DNA from: Candidatus Sericytochromatia bacterium
GTDB taxonomy: Bacteria > Cyanobacteriota > Sericytochromatia > S15B-MN24 > UBA4093
Direction: 5' to 3'
Assembly (NCBI GenBank): GCA_036676985.1
Contig: JAKFBU010000073.1
Location: 32,001 to 96,000 of the forward strand
DNA length: 64,000 nucleotides
The notes under the pieces were generated by a model that was not told the DNA's origin, made no database searches, and worked only from the letters and a program-made list of their open reading frames with translations. Below, in pieces: positions 40,949-51,150 of this stretch. The stretch's first letter is position 1. Each line of letters begins with the position of its first letter. A program made the position numbers and the translations under genes.

Positions 40949-43763
40949 GCCCATCCTCCCCCAGGTTGAAGTAGAAGGTCGCTCCCTTCTCCACGTCACC
41001 CTCGGCCCAGATCCTCCCGCCATGGCGGTGGATGATCCGCTGCACGGTCGCAAGCCCGATGCCCGTGCCCTGGAACTCGGAGTCGGAGTGGAGTCGGCTG
41101 AACGGCTTGAAGAGCTTGTCCGCATACCCCATGTCGAACCCCGCCCCGTCGTCGCGGACGAAGAAGTCCGACCTCCCCCCACCGAGGGTCCGACCGAATT
41201 CGATGCATGCATGCGGGTGCTTGCTCGTGAACTTCCATGCGTTGCCTAGCAGGTTCTCGAGCACCGACCGCAGGAGCCGGGGATCTCCGCAGGCCATGAG
41301 TCCAGGGGCGATGACGACGTCCACGTCGCGATCCGGGGCGCTCCGCCGCAGGTCTTGGACGATGTCCGCGGCGATGGCCCCCAGGTCCACCTCCCCGACG
41401 TGCAGCTCGCCCCGCGTGAGGCGAGACAGCTGAAGCATGTCGTCGATGAGCTCAGCCATGCGCTGGCTCGACATCCGCACCCGACGGAGGTAGTCCTTGC
41501 CGACGGCATCGAGCCGGTCGGCATAGTCCTCCAGGATGGCCAGGCTGAAGCCGTCGATGCTGCGCAACGGGGCGCGCAGGTCATGCGACACCGAGTAGCT
41601 GAAGGCTTCGAGCTCCTTGTTGGCGGCCTCCAGCTGGCTGGTCCGCTCGGCGACTCGCCGTTCGAGGTCGGAATTCAGTCGCCGGATCTCCGCCTCTACC
41701 CGCTTGTATTCGGTGATGTCCAGGCATGTGCCCTGCAGCTTGGAGGGGCGACCGGCTGCGTCGAGCGTGAGGCGTCCGGTCGAGGAGAGGATCCGACACT
41801 CGCCGTCCGGCCGGACGATGTGCTCCTCGAGGACGTACGGTTCATGACTCTCGAGCGTGCGCTCGACCGTGGCGCGCACCCGGTGCCGATCGTCCGGATG
41901 GATCTGCGCCAGGAAGGCCTCGAAGGTCGCCCCGAACGACTGCGGAGTCTGTCCGTAGATGCGGTAGAGCTCGTCGGACCACGTCACGCGGTTGGTCTTG
42001 AGGTCCCATTCCCAGTTGCCCATGTGGGCGAGGTGCTGAGCTTCGTTGAGCGTCTGCTGTCGCTCCCGCAGCTCCACTTCCACGCGCTTTCGCTCTTCGT
42101 CTTCGTCCTTGAGGGCCTCGTAGGCTTGGCGCAACTCGCGGGTCCGCTCGAGCACCCGCTCTTCCAGCTCGTCGCGCGCATGCCGTAGGATGCGGTCCGC
42201 CTCCTTCCGCTGGGTGATGTCCTCGATGATGCCCAGGATGGCCGTCGGTCGGCCGTCGGGTCCCGGAATCGCGGCCACCGTCGAGCTGACCCAGATATAG
42301 GTCCCATCCTTGCGGCGGAAGCGCTTCTCCACCGAGAAGCAGTCCGATAGTCCTTCGACGAGCTCCCGCACGAGCCGCGCGCAGTAGTCGCGATCATCCG
42401 GATGCGTAAAATCGAGGTAGTTCTGCCCCCGCACCTCCTCTGGCGGGTAGCCCAGAATCGTGACGAGGGCCGGGTTGACCTCGACGAAGCGCCCCTGGGC
42501 GTCCGCCAGCCCCACCCCGATGCTCGCCCGTTCGAAGATGTTCCGGAACTTCTCCTCGCTACGTCGCAGCTCCGACTCGAACTGGTCCCGCAGGGTGAGA
42601 TCCCGCGTCACCATGCCGATGCCGACCAGCCGCCCCAGGGGATCCCGAACGGCGTTCAGCGAGAGCTCGGCCCAGAACCGGCTCCCGTCCTTCTTGACGT
42701 GGCACACCTCTTCGCGGGCATACCCACGCGTCCGCACCTGCTCCAGCAATCGCCGGGGCCGCCCGTCCCGGAGATCCTCCGGCGTGAAGAAGCAGGAGAA
42801 CGAGCGCCCGACGATCTCGGTATCCTGGTAGCCCTTGAGATGGGCCGCGCCCGCGTTCCAGCTCTGGATGCGACCCTCGGGGTCCGTGAGGTAGACGGCA
42901 TAGTCCGCCATGTTGCGGACCATGAGCTCGAACTGGGCTTGCAGCGACTTCTCGGCCGTCACGTCCGTGTTGCTGACCAGCACCGCGATCGGCTGCCCAT
43001 GGACGTCTCGCTTGAGGTCCCAGCGGCTCTCGAGGAGGAGCTTGCGACCGTCCTTGGTCGTTTGCACCAGCGTCCCCTTCCAGTGTCCCGACTCGAGCAG
43101 CTGGGCATGGATGCGGTCCATGGAGGGCGAGAAGATGGTCTTGAGGAGAACATGCGCCGGCCGTCCCTGGACCTCGTCTTTGCCCCAGCCGTACATGGTG
43201 ACCGCTCCCTGATTCCAGTAGCGAATGGCTCCGGTCGCGAAGTCCCGCACGTAGATGGCGTCGCGCGAGAGATCCAGCAGGTCGGCACGTTCCTGCACGG
43301 TCTCGGTGGCCAGGCGCTGTGCGGTCACGTCCTGCACCGTTCCGAGCAGGCGCTTGGGGTTGCCCCGCTCATCGGCGACGACCTTGCCGCGCACCCGGAC
43401 GTAGCGGACGGCGCCATCCGGGCGAACGATGCAGGTATCGTACGTGAAGGGGCCGTGCTGGCGCAGGACCCCCTCGATCGTGTCCCGGATCAGTGCCCGC
43501 TCGTCCGAGTGGACCTGCTCCATGAAGGCCTCGTAACTGGGCACGATCCCGTGGGGCCGGTGGCCGAGGATCCGGTAGAGCTCATCCGACCAGCACACCC
43601 GCCGCGTCGCGAGGTCCCAGTCCCAGCTGCCAAGCTGGACGAGCTGCTGAATCTCATCCAGTAGACTCGCTTGGAACTCGCATGCCATCGGATCGGGGCC
43701 TTTGGGTTTGAGCGCTCGTGCCGACATCGGATCCGCCTCTCTGGTGGCCGGCATGCGCGGCAT
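40929..43763 (-). CDS. Multi-PAS sensor histidine kinase (Cph1-type kinase core)
   Basis: Five PAS domains; FSYSVSHDLRAPLR, NAWKFT, DDGAGF, GTGIGLA; start uncertain. Confidence 0.93.
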   Translation of the reverse strand: MPRMPATREADPMSARALKPKGPDPMACEFQASLLDEIQQLVQLGSWDWDLATRRVCWSDELYRILGHRPHGIVPSYEAFMEQVHSDERALIRDTIEGVLRQHGPFTYDTCIVRPDGAVRYVRVRGKVVADERGNPKRLLGTVQDVTAQRLATETVQERADLLDLSRDAIYVRDFATGAIRYWNQGAVTMYGWGKDEVQGRPAHVLLKTIFSPSMDRIHAQLLESGHWKGTLVQTTKDGRKLLLESRWDLKRDVHGQPIAVLVSNTDVTAEKSLQAQFELMVRNMADYAVYLTDPEGRIQSWNAGAAHLKGYQDTEIVGRSFSCFFTPEDLRDGRPRRLLEQVRTRGYAREEVCHVKKDGSRFWAELSLNAVRDPLGRLVGIGMVTRDLTLRDQFESELRRSEEKFRNIFERASIGVGLADAQGRFVEVNPALVTILGYPPEEVRGQNYLDFTHPDDRDYCARLVRELVEGLSDCFSVEKRFRRKDGTYIWVSSTVAAIPGPDGRPTAILGIIEDITQRKEADRILRHARDELEERVLERTRELRQAYEALKDEDEERKRVEVELRERQQTLNEAQHLAHMGNWEWDLKTNRVTWSDELYRIYGQTPQSFGATFEAFLAQIHPDDRHRVRATVERTLESHEPYVLEEHIVRPDGECRILSSTGRLTLDAAGRPSKLQGTCLDITEYKRVEAEIRRLNSDLERRVAERTSQLEAANKELEAFSYSVSHDLRAPLRSIDGFSLAILEDYADRLDAVGKDYLRRVRMSSQRMAELIDDMLQLSRLTRGELHVGEVDLGAIAADIVQDLRRSAPDRDVDVVIAPGLMACGDPRLLRSVLENLLGNAWKFTSKHPHACIEFGRTLGGGRSDFFVRDDGAGFDMGYADKLFKPFSRLHSDSEFQGTGIGLATVQRIIHRHGGRIWAEGDVEKGATFYFNLGEDGHGNYHS

Positions 43764-44014
43764 GAAGGATGCCTCGCACCCTGTTCAGTTTGGCACGTTC
43801 GATCCGATTGACAATGGACCTTCGGCCCTTCAGGGCAACGGACGGATGCTTGATGTTTGGCGCCACACGACTCGTGACGAGCGGAATGAGACGCAACAGC
43901 CGCCTCGGCACGGCGAGGAAGCAGAGATCAGGGGGTTCCCGTGGTCTGAAACGACCAACCACGGTCGTTCTCGGCAGATCGAGACAGCGACCGTCCCGTG
44001 AGAGGTAGGCGTCG

Positions 44015-44305
44015 TTGTCTGCCATTCGGCAGCACTGGTTTTCCCCGGGGGTATGCGGGCTGTTGTCCGCTCTCCTCTGCGCGTCGCCCGCCTGCGCCCA
44101 GCTGACGTCGGTCGAGGCGCCGCCGATCAAGTCATCGCCGGCCGTGCCGGAGTTGTCGCGCATCGGCGCACGCGCTGGGGCGACACCACGGATCGCGATC
44201 TCATCGTCGTCATCGAGGAAGATCCCTGGTGCAGTGGGAGCGGCAGCGCCAAGGGCCGGCGCAGATCAGCGCTACAAGTTCTACCGTCGAAACAAGCCGG
44301 TCTGA
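44015..44305 (+). pseudogene. Internally deleted paralog remnant of 38095..39303
   Basis: 5' part colinear with 38095-38247; GCTGGGGCGACACCACGGATC identical at 44174-44194 and 39110-39130; 3' RYKFYR vs RYRFYR. Confidence 0.8.
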
Positions 44306-44395
44306 AGGTCCGAGGCCGTCATGGCCAGTTGGTAGGGCTTGACCACGGCATAGGCCCGGAGCGCGTTCCACTTGCCGGCGGCAAGCGCGCGGATG

Positions 44396-44890
44396 TCAGC
44401 GAGCGCCCGGCTTGCCGCGCGGATCGTCGGCGGGATTCACGTACCGAATCTCCCAGGGCCCCGTGCCGTGCAGCTGGATGATCGCCTCGCCCTTGACCGT
44501 GGCAAAGTGAAGGTGCCCCTTCGGGATCTGGGCGTAAGAGCCCGGCGGCATGGCGCGAAGGAGCTTCGCGTCGAACCGATCGCCATGCCCCAGCTGAAAC
44601 GTGCCCTCGAGCACGGTGATGCGCTCCTCGCTCTGATGCCAGTGGGGCGGGATGCGGTAGCCCGCCGGCAGCTTGAGCCGAAGCGTGAATGGCCCCGGCT
44701 TGGAGGGGTCGCCTTCGAGCACGGCCCACATGGCTCCCGCGGGAAGGGCCTGCGGTCCCTGGGCCCACCGCACCTCGGACGGCACGAAGACGCTCATTCC
44801 CGTCGTGGGGCTTGGGCTCGCGGCGCTGAAGGCCGGAGTAGCCATCCCCACGAAGGCGAGCCCGGCGAACACAAACGACCTGGCATTCAT
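44396..44890 (-). CDS. Secreted cupin domain protein (DUF4437-like)
   Basis: Signal peptide; AVLEGDP..PGPFTLRLKLPAGY.IPPHWH..EE.ITVLEG, HLHFA. Confidence 0.85.
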   Translation of the reverse strand: MNARSFVFAGLAFVGMATPAFSAASPSPTTGMSVFVPSEVRWAQGPQALPAGAMWAVLEGDPSKPGPFTLRLKLPAGYRIPPHWHQSEERITVLEGTFQLGHGDRFDAKLLRAMPPGSYAQIPKGHLHFATVKGEAIIQLHGTGPWEIRYVNPADDPRGKPGAR

Positions 44891-45024
44891 CTCGTCACCT
44901 CACCATCTCGACGGTCGGCCCGACCTTACCATCCCGCGGCGGATTCGTGGTCGGCAACTTGGATGAATTCCCCGACGTGGCCCCGTCGAGGAAGGGGCTT
45001 CCCTTTTAGGTCGTTCCCTTGATA

Positions 45025-45043
45025 ATATATCGAAGCGATATAT
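45025..45043. promoter_or_regulatory. Palindromic operator (likely PadR)
   Basis: ATATATCG-aag-CGATATAT, AT-rich, just upstream of the hydrolase-padR pair. Confidence 0.65.
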
Positions 45044-45063
45044 GCACCCGGAAGGAGCAGCCC

Positions 45064-46347
45064 ATGCCGACCTCGTCGCCCCCCATCCCCCGCCCCTGGT
45101 CTCGCAGGCTCTTCGGAGCCGGCGGCCTGGTGACCGCTCTGCTGACGACGCTTTCGGGCTGCTTTCCCACCCTCGAGCTCCCGGTCCCCGAGCCCACGGG
45201 CACCTACCCGGTCGGCTTGACCCAGCAGTTTCTCCCCGAGTCTGCCGGGCGGGGCCTCACCCTAGACATCTGGTACCCGGCGAGCGAGACGAAGGGCCAT
45301 CCAAGAGCCCCCTACACGGAAAACGCCCTCAACGACATCCTGAGCAAGGTCTATGGCTTGCCGCGCTTCCTTTACAAGGAAGTGCCTTCCCATGCCCACC
45401 TTGATGCCCCCCCGGCACCGGGCCACCACCCGGTCGTGGTCTTCAACCACGGCTTCGCCTCCTTCACCAAGCAGAACTTCTCGACCTTCCAGGAGCTCGC
45501 AAGCCATGGGTTCGTCGTCATCTCGGTGGCGCACCCCGGAGAGTCCCTGACCGCCCGGGATAGCGAGGGCAAGGTCATTCCCTTCGACACCGAGCGCGAC
45601 ACCTACCGCGAGGTTCAGAAGATTCAGAAGGCGATGGGGGCCTATGCCGCCAAGCTCGCTCCGGTGCTCGACAAGCAGCGGCAGGCCATGACTCCGGAGG
45701 CCTTCGCCCAGGCCGCCGTGGAGCTGGGTCAGGACCCCCAGTACGCCTTGTTGAAGCCTCAGCTCGCGCGCTGGGTCCAGGACACCCGGACCGTGATCGC
45801 CGCCCTCCAGTCGCCCCAGCGCGAGGGGATCCTCGAGCGGACAGATCCCGGCAACCTCACGGTCATGGGGCACTCCCTTGGCGGGGCGGTCGCCATGCAC
45901 CTGGCCACCCAGCCTTTGCAGGGTCTGCGTGGCATCGTCAACCTCGACGGGCCATGGTTCCAGGATGACGCCTCCCAGCTCACGCCGATCGTCGTGCCCG
46001 CGCTGAACCTGGTATCCACTCACAGCCCGCTGGACAAGCATGATCTGTCCCTCAGGGGAGCGCTGCTCGGGCTTTACCGCGGTGGCCGAGCGGTCGCCCA
46101 CGTCATCGAGGTGAAGGGCGCGGCCCACTATAACTTCACGGACCTCAACTTCGTCCCGGCCCTGAAGTTCACGCCGATGCTCGGCCCGGTGCGGTCCGAG
46201 CTCGTGACTGCCACGCAGACCGGGGCCATCATGGAGTTCCTGCGCCGGACCACCCGTGTCGGCGGGGCGCCCCTCGTGGCACCGCTCTTGCCATCGCAGG
46301 CCGGCTTGAACCAGCTTGTCTTTCCTGGAGAGCGGAAGGAGTCTTGA
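45064..46347 (+). CDS. Alpha/beta hydrolase lipoprotein (PAF-acetylhydrolase-like esterase)
   Basis: Lipobox LSGC, PTG.YPVG, DIWYP, FNHGF, GHSLGG nucleophile elbow, NLDG, GAAHYNFTD; SD AAGGAG. Confidence 0.88.
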   Translation: MPTSSPPIPRPWSRRLFGAGGLVTALLTTLSGCFPTLELPVPEPTGTYPVGLTQQFLPESAGRGLTLDIWYPASETKGHPRAPYTENALNDILSKVYGLPRFLYKEVPSHAHLDAPPAPGHHPVVVFNHGFASFTKQNFSTFQELASHGFVVISVAHPGESLTARDSEGKVIPFDTERDTYREVQKIQKAMGAYAAKLAPVLDKQRQAMTPEAFAQAAVELGQDPQYALLKPQLARWVQDTRTVIAALQSPQREGILERTDPGNLTVMGHSLGGAVAMHLATQPLQGLRGIVNLDGPWFQDDASQLTPIVVPALNLVSTHSPLDKHDLSLRGALLGLYRGGRAVAHVIEVKGAAHYNFTDLNFVPALKFTPMLGPVRSELVTATQTGAIMEFLRRTTRVGGAPLVAPLLPSQAGLNQLVFPGERKES

Positions 46348-46351
46348 TCCG

Positions 46352-46903
46352 ATGATGGAGTACGCGGCCCTCGGGTTCCTCATGTACAGGCCGTTGTCGA
46401 TGTACGACCTCAAGAAGGCCATGGAGCGCTCGACCCAGCACTTCCTGAGTGCGTCGTTCGGGACGCTCCACCCCTTGCTCCAGAAGCTAGCCAAGCAAGG
46501 TCTCGTCACCTGCGAAGAACAGGTGGCCAACGGACGCAACAAGAAGGTTTTCACCATCACCCCGGCCGGCCGCTCGCACTTCGTCGCTTGGCTGGGCAGG
46601 GACGTCATGGCCGAGCGGGTCTCGGACCCGAGGCTGCTCCGGCTGTTCTTCCTCGGGCACCTGGAGGCGCCGGAGCGCACGGCGTTGCTCGCGAGGTTCC
46701 TCGATCAGATGGAGTCGGCAGCCCGGGAGCTGGAAGGCCTCAAGGCCCACGTGCAGCAGGCGACGGCTCCGCCGGGGTGGGAGGATCACCTGGCCTACCA
46801 GATGGCCACCCTGGAGTTCGGGATTGCTCACCACCGGTTCGTCAGGGACTGGTATCAGGCGAAACTCCAGTCGATGGCCGACTCGGGGCCCCCATCGACG
46901 TGA
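46352..46903 (+). CDS. PadR family regulator
   Basis: LSMYDLKKAME, ASFGTLHPLLQKL, GRNKKVFTITPAGR, TLEFG. Confidence 0.9.
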   Translation: MMEYAALGFLMYRPLSMYDLKKAMERSTQHFLSASFGTLHPLLQKLAKQGLVTCEEQVANGRNKKVFTITPAGRSHFVAWLGRDVMAERVSDPRLLRLFFLGHLEAPERTALLARFLDQMESAARELEGLKAHVQQATAPPGWEDHLAYQMATLEFGIAHHRFVRDWYQAKLQSMADSGPPST

Positions 46904-47057
46904 TGCGGCGGAGCGATCGCTCCGCGGGTCGAACCGCCGTGGCGCCAGGCTTCCCGCCACCCCGCCAGCTCATGGCCGGCGGGGTCCTGAAAGCCCGCTC
47001 GCTTGCGGTATCATGGGAGCTCGCATCGCTCCCCGTCGGACATCTCGAGGACTCTCC

Positions 47058-47906
47058 GTGGCCATCACGTCTCAATCGACCAACGAAGCCGCCGAGCGGC
47101 TGCTGGCACAGCTTTCGGTACCCAGGCGACCGAACCGGATCGTCTGCCTGACAGAAGAGACCGTCGAGGTGCTCTATCGGCTCGGCGCCGGTGATCTCGT
47201 CGCCGGCGTCTCGATCTACGCGCGCCGACCGGCCGAGGCCCGCCAGAAACCCCGCGTGTCCGCGTTCATCAAGGCCGACTTCGCCAAGATCGAGGCCCTG
47301 CAGCCCGACCTGGTGCTCTGCTTCTCCGATCTGCAGGCCGACATCGCCGCCGAGTGCGTCCGTCGGGGCCTCGAGGTGGTGGTCTTCAACCAGCGTTCGA
47401 TCTCCGAGATCCTCGGCGTGGTCCTGGCGCTCGGCGCCCTGGTGGGTCGCGAGTCGGCCGCCGCCGACCTGGCGGACGAGCTTCGCGCAGGCCTGCGCGC
47501 CGCGGCCATGCGTGCCGCGGCCTGGCCGCGGCGCCCGCGGGTCTACTTCGAGGAGTGGCCCGACCCGATGATCTCGGGCATCAAGTGGGTGAGCGAGATC
47601 CTCACCATCGCGGGCGGCGAGGACCTCTTCCCCGAGCTGAGCGAGGGCAAGCTCGCCAAGGAGCGGTTCGTCGAGCCCGCCGAGGTCGTCCGGCGCGCGC
47701 CGGAGCTCATCCTGGCCTCGTGGTGCGGAAAGCGGGTCAAGCGCGACGAGATCCTCGGCCGCACGGGCTGGGAATCGGTGCCCGCCATCCGGGCCGGCGA
47801 GGTGCACGAGGTCTCATCGACCCTCATCCTGCAGCCGGGCCCGGCCGCCCTCACGGACGGCCTCCAGGTGGTGCAACGGCACATCGAGCGGGTCGCCACC
47901 CGATAA
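47058..47906 (+). CDS. Cobalamin/heme-binding type III SBP-like protein (BtuF-like, no signal peptide)
   Basis: PNRIVCLTEETVEVLY.LG, PDLVLCFSDLQ, RPRVYFEEWPDP, SWCGK, ILQPGP. Confidence 0.85.
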   Translation: MAITSQSTNEAAERLLAQLSVPRRPNRIVCLTEETVEVLYRLGAGDLVAGVSIYARRPAEARQKPRVSAFIKADFAKIEALQPDLVLCFSDLQADIAAECVRRGLEVVVFNQRSISEILGVVLALGALVGRESAAADLADELRAGLRAAAMRAAAWPRRPRVYFEEWPDPMISGIKWVSEILTIAGGEDLFPELSEGKLAKERFVEPAEVVRRAPELILASWCGKRVKRDEILGRTGWESVPAIRAGEVHEVSSTLILQPGPAALTDGLQVVQRHIERVATR

Positions 47907-47976
47907 TCCCTCGCTCGTCCACGCGCCGGGCGTCGACGTACGGGAGCATGGCGCCGAGCGGCAATCGCCCGGCTGG

Positions 47977-48417
47977 CTAGGGTCGCTCCAGGAGCGCCTT
48001 CAGGGCCGCGAGATCCTTCTCGTTCGCCCGGCGCATCGCCGAGGCCATGAAGGGCGCGACGAGGCTCGAGAAGCCGCTCGGTTCCCCGTGGTTCCGCAGC
48101 GTCATGCGCGTGCGGCCCTCGTCCAGGCGCTCCCAGGTGTAGGTGGTCTCCATGGGAAAGGGCCCTTCCGACGTGCGCATGACGAGGCGCTCGCCCGGGA
48201 CGAGGTCGACGAACTCGTAGGTGTAGGCCAGACGCCGACCCAGGAAGTGGGCGACGAAAGCCACTTTGGAGCCGAGCTGCAGCGGCCTCGCGGTCTGCCA
48301 CTCCACCGACTTGATGTTGACGTACCACTTCGGGGCGTTGTCCGGGTCCGCGGCGAAGGCGGAAACCTCGCTCAAAGGGCGATGGATCGTGATTTCGGTC
48401 AGGACGTCGACGGCCAT
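47977..48417 (-). CDS. SRPBCC family protein
   Basis: AADPDNAPKWYVNI, FLGRRLAYTYE, GPFPMETTYTW, RRANEKDL. Confidence 0.88.
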   Translation of the reverse strand: MAVDVLTEITIHRPLSEVSAFAADPDNAPKWYVNIKSVEWQTARPLQLGSKVAFVAHFLGRRLAYTYEFVDLVPGERLVMRTSEGPFPMETTYTWERLDEGRTRMTLRNHGEPSGFSSLVAPFMASAMRRANEKDLAALKALLERP

Positions 48418-48436
48418 CCGGCTCTCCTCTTCCTAA

Positions 48437-48808
48437 TCAGGCCTTCTTGGCCTTTTTGTCCTTCTTGGGCTTGGGCGGCAGGTTGCCGACCCACGAGAGC
48501 GATCGCATGACCCACGCATGGGCCTCGGTGGGCGTCTCCCGCCACTCCTCGGGCAAGAGCACGTACTCCTTCATCGGACGGCCGGCCATGGGCTCGAAGA
48601 CGGAGGTGCCAGTCCGGGCGATGAGCTCGCTCCGGTCCGGCTCGGTCAAGCGCAAGAAGACGTGATCGCCGAACACGCCCATGAACATGTGCTCATCGAC
48701 GAAGGCGGCCAGGTTGCCGAACATGGGCTTGACCGAGACGCGGGCATCAGGCGGAAGCCAGGCGTCGAAGGCCTCCTTGGCCTCGGGGGTGGGCTTGGGA
48801 AAGGACAT
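48437..48808 (-). CDS. TfoX N-terminal domain protein
   Basis: KPMFG...FV..HMF, FEPMAGRPMKEYV, LPPK tail. Confidence 0.85.
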   Translation of the reverse strand: MSFPKPTPEAKEAFDAWLPPDARVSVKPMFGNLAAFVDEHMFMGVFGDHVFLRLTEPDRSELIARTGTSVFEPMAGRPMKEYVLLPEEWRETPTEAHAWVMRSLSWVGNLPPKPKKDKKAKKA

Positions 48809-48847
48809 GGAACCTCGCTTACAGTCAAAAGGGTCTCGATGGGGACG

Positions 48848-49216
48848 TTAGCTCTCCGCGCAGGTCTTCTTGGCTTCGGCGGCCGCCTTCAGGAGGACCT
48901 TCAGGTGGTCGATCGGAAACGGCGTGGTCTTCTTGAACCGCAGGCAGCTCTTGCCGACGTCGATGCCGGCCAGGAGCTCATGATGGGCGGCTACGACCGA
49001 CGTGGGCATGACGTAGAAGCTCACGTACTGCTTCTGGGCGGCGATCGCACACAGGTCGCCCGCGTGCTCGTAGGAGATCATCCCCCACTTGATGCCCTCA
49101 ACGGCATCCGGCACTACTTCTGCGACCATCCGGCGCAGCGTCTGGACCTTGTCCAGCTGCCAGCCGTCAAGGGCCTCGACGTACTCCAGCGGCGTTGCGA
49201 CGGCTCGTTGCACCAT
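48848..49216 (-). CDS. DUF1801 (YdhG-like) protein
   Basis: EGIKWGMISY, AAQKQYVSFY, GKSCLRFKK; SD AGGAGG. Confidence 0.87.
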   Translation of the reverse strand: MVQRAVATPLEYVEALDGWQLDKVQTLRRMVAEVVPDAVEGIKWGMISYEHAGDLCAIAAQKQYVSFYVMPTSVVAAHHELLAGIDVGKSCLRFKKTTPFPIDHLKVLLKAAAEAKKTCAES

Positions 49217-49272
49217 GGCTCCTCCTTGCTCGACGGGTCCTCGGCCCATTCTAGCCGGCGGCCCTTGGGCGC

Positions 49273-50262
49273 TCAAGCCTCGAGGAACGCCTCGGCGACG
49301 ATCTCGACCGATCGAAGGCGCGCCCGATGGTCGTAGACGTGTGACGTGAGGATGAGCTCGTCGGCACCCGTCTGAGCCACGAGGGCCTCCAGGCCGGACC
49401 GAACCGTCTGCGCCGTGCCGATGATCGAGACCGCGAGCGGCGTTGCCGCCAGCACCTCGGCCCTGTCTGCCGGCGCCACGTAGGGCACCTCGATGGGCGG
49501 CGGCAGCTTGCCGGGGCGCCCGAGGCGGAGCTGCGCGAAGCTCTGCTGGATGGAGGTGGAGAGGCGCCAGGCCTCCGCGTCGTCGTCGGCCGCAAAGACG
49601 TTGGCCGCGACCATGACCCGGGGGCTCTCCAGCCACCCGGAGGGACGGAATTCGGCCCGATAGATCCTCAGGGCGGCCATCAGGTAGTCCGGGGCGAAGT
49701 GCGAGGCGAAGGCGTACGGCACCCCCAGCTGAGCCGCCAGGTGCGCGCTGAAGAGGATCGAGCCCAGAAGCCAAACGGGCACGTTCGTGCCCTCGCCCGG
49801 AATGGCCCGGACCGGCTGCCCAGGCTCCGACGGGCCGAAGTAGGTCAACAGCTCCACGACGTCCTGCGGGAAGTCGTCGGATCGTCCGCCTTGGTTGCGG
49901 CGCAAGGCGCGCGCCGTCGGTTGGTCGGTGCCCGGCGCGCGCCCCAGGCCCAGGTCGATGCGATCGGGGTAGAGGGTCGCGAGCGTTCCGAATTGCTCGG
50001 CGATGACGAGGGGCGAGTGGTTCGGCAGCATGATGCCGCCCGCCCCGACCCGGATGGTCGAAGTGCCGCCCGCCAGATAGCCGATCACCACAGAGGTCGC
50101 GGCGCTCGCGATGCCCGGCATGTTGTGGTGCTCGGCCACCCAGTAGCGGTGAAAGCCCCAGCGCTCGGCGTGCCGGGCCAGATCGAGCGAGTTGTGCAGC
50201 GACTGGGCCGCCGTGCCGCCTTGCACGATGGGGGACAGATCCAGGAGGGACAGGGGGACCAT
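49273..50262 (-). CDS. LLM-class flavin-dependent monooxygenase (YhbW-like)
   Basis: [51 protein letters not shown]. Confidence 0.93.
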   Translation of the reverse strand: MVPLSLLDLSPIVQGGTAAQSLHNSLDLARHAERWGFHRYWVAEHHNMPGIASAATSVVIGYLAGGTSTIRVGAGGIMLPNHSPLVIAEQFGTLATLYPDRIDLGLGRAPGTDQPTARALRRNQGGRSDDFPQDVVELLTYFGPSEPGQPVRAIPGEGTNVPVWLLGSILFSAHLAAQLGVPYAFASHFAPDYLMAALRIYRAEFRPSGWLESPRVMVAANVFAADDDAEAWRLSTSIQQSFAQLRLGRPGKLPPPIEVPYVAPADRAEVLAATPLAVSIIGTAQTVRSGLEALVAQTGADELILTSHVYDHRARLRSVEIVAEAFLEA

Positions 50263-50440
50263 GGAGACCTGCTTTCGAGCGTGTGGCGCACCTCCCGCTC
50301 GATCTACCACGGAGGTCGCGCGATGGCCAGGGCCGCACGTTAGGACCGGGGCCAAGGGCCGCACTAGCACCCTTCGAGCCGTTAGGCCGCCTGCCGTGGT
50401 ATAAGTACACCCGCCTTCCCTGCACCTCCCAGGAGACCCA

Positions 50441-51079
50441 ATGACCGCCATCGCGCTCGACGAGTTCCACCGGCAAGTCGACACCCTGATCCGCCTGGGC
50501 TATGCCGAGGCGGCCGGCTTACCGGCCGAAGCCTTCCGGGACCTCCTCGCTCCGCTCGAGGCACGGGTGACGGGACTCGGCCCCTTGCCCCAGCTCGAGG
50601 AGGGGCGGGCGCCCTTCGTCATCGTCGTCCGCGGCGACCTCGTCCCGCTCGACGCCGCCATGGCCCGCACCCGCCTGAAGGACCATGCGGGCTTCATTGA
50701 CTTCAAGCCGGGCGGGCTGGAGACGTTCCGGCCCCTCGACATCCTGGAGGCGCCGGACGAGCCCGTCTACCTGGTCTTCGACCTCGACACGGGCGCGGAG
50801 TTCCGGAACGTCACGCCGGACGACGCCCTGGAGGTCATCCGGGACCGGCGCCGCACTCCCTTGACCCTCGAAGAGGGAATCGCCCTCATCACCCAGTTTC
50901 CGGCGACGCTCCGCAAGAACCACTGTTTCTCGCTGGCGGGCTCGCGGTGCGGCGATCGCCGCGTCCCGGCCCTCTGGATCAGCAAGGCGAGCCCGAAACT
51001 CGGCTGGTGCTGGGCCGGAAATCCGCACACCTGGCTCGGGACGGCCTCCGCCGGCGGCAGGGCCGGCCGGGTGCGCTGA
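50441..51079 (+). CDS. DUF5701 family protein
   Basis: [42 protein letters not shown]. Confidence 0.8.
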   Translation: MTAIALDEFHRQVDTLIRLGYAEAAGLPAEAFRDLLAPLEARVTGLGPLPQLEEGRAPFVIVVRGDLVPLDAAMARTRLKDHAGFIDFKPGGLETFRPLDILEAPDEPVYLVFDLDTGAEFRNVTPDDALEVIRDRRRTPLTLEEGIALITQFPATLRKNHCFSLAGSRCGDRRVPALWISKASPKLGWCWAGNPHTWLGTASAGGRAGRVR

Positions 51080-51150
51080 CGCCCCCGGGACGCGGCGCAA
51101 CCGCGGGTTTCGATCGCCCCCCGACGGGACTATGATGGGGTAGGGTCGGT

